Below are positions 61,231 through 64,000 of a stretch of DNA of 64,000 nucleotides, in pieces. Numbering within the stretch: position 1 is the stretch's first letter; each line of letters begins with the position of its first letter. The notes under the pieces are model-generated. The model was not told where the DNA came from and made no database searches. It saw only the letters and a program-made list of their open reading frames with translations. Location of the stretch: assembly GCA_965223265.1 (NCBI GenBank), contig OZ244999.1:1504001-1568000 (forward strand), given 5' to 3'. Both the position numbers and the translations under genes were made by a program. The stretch comes from Planctomycetota bacterium (GTDB lineage: Bacteria; Planctomycetota; UBA8108; SXIK01).

Positions 61231-62528
61231 ACACCCTCCAGTACTTGACGTGCCCGCGTCACGAGTGTGTGTGACGCAGCGACCCAATCGCCTTGCAGTC
61301 GGCGTAGCGGTGCAAGCGAGAGGCGGAGAAGAGCGCAGGCCTCGAACCATCGCAGCTCCTCGCGCGGCAATTGCCCCCCGGCTTCTTTGTAGCCGTCCAT
61401 CAAGATCTGCAGAGCGGAGTTCGGGAGGTGCTCCGCATCGAGTGTGGCATGAGCTGAGAAGCTAGCGAGGTCGTAGGCCGCTGGTCCGAGACAGGTGCGA
61501 TCGAAGTCGACGAGTCCGGGTACGTCTGCGTCGAACAGGAATTGATCAGCGTGGAGGTCGCCGTGCAAAAGCCTCTGCATCGACGGTGACGGTATCGTCG
61601 CTGACAAAACCTCAGCGAGATCTTCGATCTGTTCGCTCAACCCTTGATTGATTGCGGCGAAGTCTGCCGCTGTTTGGTAGACACGATCGAGCTCGTTGAC
61701 TGGAAGGATCTGAGACTCAACCGTGGTGGGGGGGAGGGCGGCGTGAACTGCTGCGAGCAATCGGCCGGCGCTGATAAGCTTCTCTTGGCGCGCGACTCCT
61801 TTGGTGCGTAAGTTTTGGCCCTTGAGTTCGCACTCCAGCGCGAAGTGTGGCTCACTGACGAGACGTTCGGGGCAGCGGACGCCGTGTGCGCGCACCGCTT
61901 TCATCGCGTCGCCCGCGCCAACACCGCAGGCCCCAGTGTGTACGCGCGCGTAGAGATTAACGTGGCGCGCGCATGCGTCACCCTGCATGCACGCCAGACT
62001 CCACCGGAGAACGGCGCGTCGCTCGGGCTTATAGCGTAGGACGTCGAGGTGGCTGCGTCTTTTACCGATGCGTTCGTGTCGCTCTTCGGGGCTCGCGCTT
62101 CGCTCCACGAGCAGGCGGCGAAAACGACCCAGTCGCACGAGGTGCCGCAGACGCGAGAGCATGCGGTCGACGGGGAACGCCAGCAGAAGGACCTCGTGCT
62201 CTTCGTCGAGCGTCACCGGCCGCAAGCCCGAATACATTCGGAGTCGGCGATCGTGGAAACGTTCCGCCTCGGAGCGGAGGCGAGCGAGGGGCGCCGCACG
62301 GACGGTTAAGAACGTTTGTGCCACTTCCTCGTTCAGTCGGATCTCGAGACGCCACCCGACAAGTGCTCCGTGCTGCCCCTTGAAACGTAAGTAGTACGGC
62401 TTCAAAGAGTGCACTTCTCCTGCGTCGACGACGCGCTCAGCGATGTATGCTCGCATCGCACTCGAGTCGAGAGCCAGTTCGAGCCCCTTGAGCGAGCCGC
62501 TCCAGTCGCCGTGAATCACCGTAGTCAT
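61227..62528 (-). CDS. APH/choline-kinase-fold phosphotransferase (copy 1)
   Basis: FPVDRML..L, LRYKPERRAV, HGDLHADQFL, LVDFDR...GPAAYDLASF. Confidence 0.88.
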   Translation of the reverse strand: MTTVIHGDWSGSLKGLELALDSSAMRAYIAERVVDAGEVHSLKPYYLRFKGQHGALVGWRLEIRLNEEVAQTFLTVRAAPLARLRSEAERFHDRRLRMYSGLRPVTLDEEHEVLLLAFPVDRMLSRLRHLVRLGRFRRLLVERSASPEERHERIGKRRSHLDVLRYKPERRAVLRWSLACMQGDACARHVNLYARVHTGACGVGAGDAMKAVRAHGVRCPERLVSEPHFALECELKGQNLRTKGVARQEKLISAGRLLAAVHAALPPTTVESQILPVNELDRVYQTAADFAAINQGLSEQIEDLAEVLSATIPSPSMQRLLHGDLHADQFLFDADVPGLVDFDRTCLGPAAYDLASFSAHATLDAEHLPNSALQILMDGYKEAGGQLPREELRWFEACALLRLSLAPLRRLQGDWVAASHTLVTRARQVLEGV

Positions 62529-64000
62529 AGCTTCACCTGAGGCGTGCCTGGTCGTTCCGCGTCGAAGGGGAATCCAGACGTTACAGCGTCCGCGTTTGTC
62601 ACCTCGCGCGCTTCGAGCTCTCGAACACTGCCGTCTTCGAAGAGAATCACCCGGTCGACACGCCGCAGAATCTGTGCGCGGTGTGTGATGATGAGAACGG
62701 TGCGCTGTCGCAGCGTCGCGAGAACTTCAGACGACATGAGGGTTTCCGCGTCCGCGTCGAGTGCACTCGACGGCTCATCGAGAATGACGATCGGCGATCG
62801 CCTCAAGAGAGCGCGCGCGACAGCGACGCGTTGCCTCTGACCTCCCGAGAGCGCTGATCCTCGCTCGCCCACGCGAGTCTCCATGCCGCGCGGCAGACGA
62901 TTCGCGAACGCTGCCACTCCACTGCTCACAGCGGCCTTGACGATTTCTTCGTGCGAAGCTTCGGGGCGTCCCAGCTGCACGTTCTCATAGAGCGTGCCGT
63001 CGAAGAGGACGGAGTCTTGAAAGACGACGCTCACTTGGGCGCGTACTTCTTCGACTCCGAGGTCTTGGACATCGTAGCCATCGATCAGGACGCGTCCGGA
63101 GCTCGGAACGCGCAACCTAGGGATCAAGGATACGAAGGTGCTCTTGCCCGAGCCGTTCGCGCCTATGAGTGCAACGTGTTCACCGGCTGCGATGTTGAGA
63201 TTGATCGAGCGTAAAACAGGACAAGAATCTTCATGTGCAGGCTCATAGCTGAACGAAACTTCTGAGAAACGAATCTCTCGCCCCGAGCTCGGAGTCGGCA
63301 GAGTCGCCTGCTCGGTGGCTGCCGCAGTCTCACGGCAGGCGTCACGCGCGCTGAGGATTTCGATCAGACGTTCGCCGCTCGCGGCGGATTTCAACAGTTT
63401 CGAGCTGCGGTGAACCATGCCGCGCACCGGCTTGTAGAGCGAGCGAGCGTACGAGAGAACGACGAGGAGCTCACCCGCGGTGAGCGCGTCGTCAAGAACG
63501 CGATACGTGCCGACGAGGAGGATGAGTGCCGTGGAGCCTGAGAGCGACACCTCGGTCCAGCGACTCATGGCCCCTTCCATGCGGACCGCGGCGAGTCCCG
63601 CCTTCAGACTCTTGCGATTCTGTCTGGCGAATCGTCTTGTCGTTTCGGCTGCGAGGTCGTAGCCCTGCACAACTTCAACTGCGCCGAGCGACTCGCCCAT
63701 GACCGCGGCGATCTTGCCCTCTTTGCGGCGCTGGCGCGAGGCCGCTTGTTTGAGCCGTTTGCCGTAAAACGCGACCACGACCGCCACGGCCGGCAACACC
63801 AGAACCGTGACGACGGTCAGGCGGACGTCAAGCAGCAGCATGACGGAAATCGTTCCGACCACGACGAGCGCCTGTTGGACGAGTGTAAAAGCTCCCTCGA
63901 CCAGAAATTCCCGCATCATCGACGTGTCTCCGGTCAGCCGTGCGAGCAGGTCGCCCGAGCGATGTCGGTCGTGGTATTCGAGCGGCAGCTCCATGAGGAT
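62525..64000 (-). CDS. ABC exporter, fused TMD-NBD (partial, 5' end beyond the window)
   Basis: SGDLLARLTGD, Walker A GANGSGKST, LSGGQRQR, ILDEPSSALD; stop overlaps the kinase start (ATGA). Confidence 0.94.
   Translation of the reverse strand: MLMELPLEYHDRHRSGDLLARLTGDTSMMREFLVEGAFTLVQQALVVVGTISVMLLLDVRLTVVTVLVLPAVAVVVAFYGKRLKQAASRQRRKEGKIAAVMGESLGAVEVVQGYDLAAETTRRFARQNRKSLKAGLAAVRMEGAMSRWTEVSLSGSTALILLVGTYRVLDDALTAGELLVVLSYARSLYKPVRGMVHRSSKLLKSAASGERLIEILSARDACRETAAATEQATLPTPSSGREIRFSEVSFSYEPAHEDSCPVLRSINLNIAAGEHVALIGANGSGKSTFVSLIPRLRVPSSGRVLIDGYDVQDLGVEEVRAQVSVVFQDSVLFDGTLYENVQLGRPEASHEEIVKAAVSSGVAAFANRLPRGMETRVGERGSALSGGQRQRVAVARALLRRSPIVILDEPSSALDADAETLMSSEVLATLRQRTVLIITHRAQILRRVDRVILFEDGSVRELEAREVTNADAVTSGFPFDAERPGTPQVKL

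Noticed and set aside
60037-62528. Aminoglycoside resistance genes
   Set aside because: Only the kinase fold is shared; the length, altered catalytic loop and export-operon context argue for a biosynthetic role.

Overview
GC-rich bacterial chromosome segment, most likely from a Planctomycetota (PVC-group) organism. The evidence for that is two Cys-type sulfatases, a PQQ-repeat protein, ThuA domains, a giant PVC-type heme-binding dehydrogenase, an ECF sigma factor and Cys-flanked dockerin-like domains. It holds about 44 protein-coding genes; I saw no rRNA, tRNA, CRISPR array or transposase. Main modules: (i) a His-rich, RAPP-motif leader ORF ahead of a CzcB/CzcA/CzcC-type metal RND pump; (ii) an operon of porin, heme-c/type-1-copper fusion protein and hybrid histidine kinase, divergent from an orphan PstS-like lipoprotein; (iii) an NrtR, SPFH and NAD-kinase-like operon with two operators overlapping a near-consensus sigma70 promoter; (iv) secreted cohesin-like/dockerin-like and dockerin/FG-GAP proteins, the FG-GAP pair flanking a gene whose signal peptide is put out of frame by a (CT)15 tract; (v) an ABC exporter, two atypical APH-fold kinases and an AlgE-like porin; (vi) several intergenic repeat elements. 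Two +1 homopolymer frameshifts suggest an indel-prone assembly. All family assignments come from reading motifs by eye, not from database searches.
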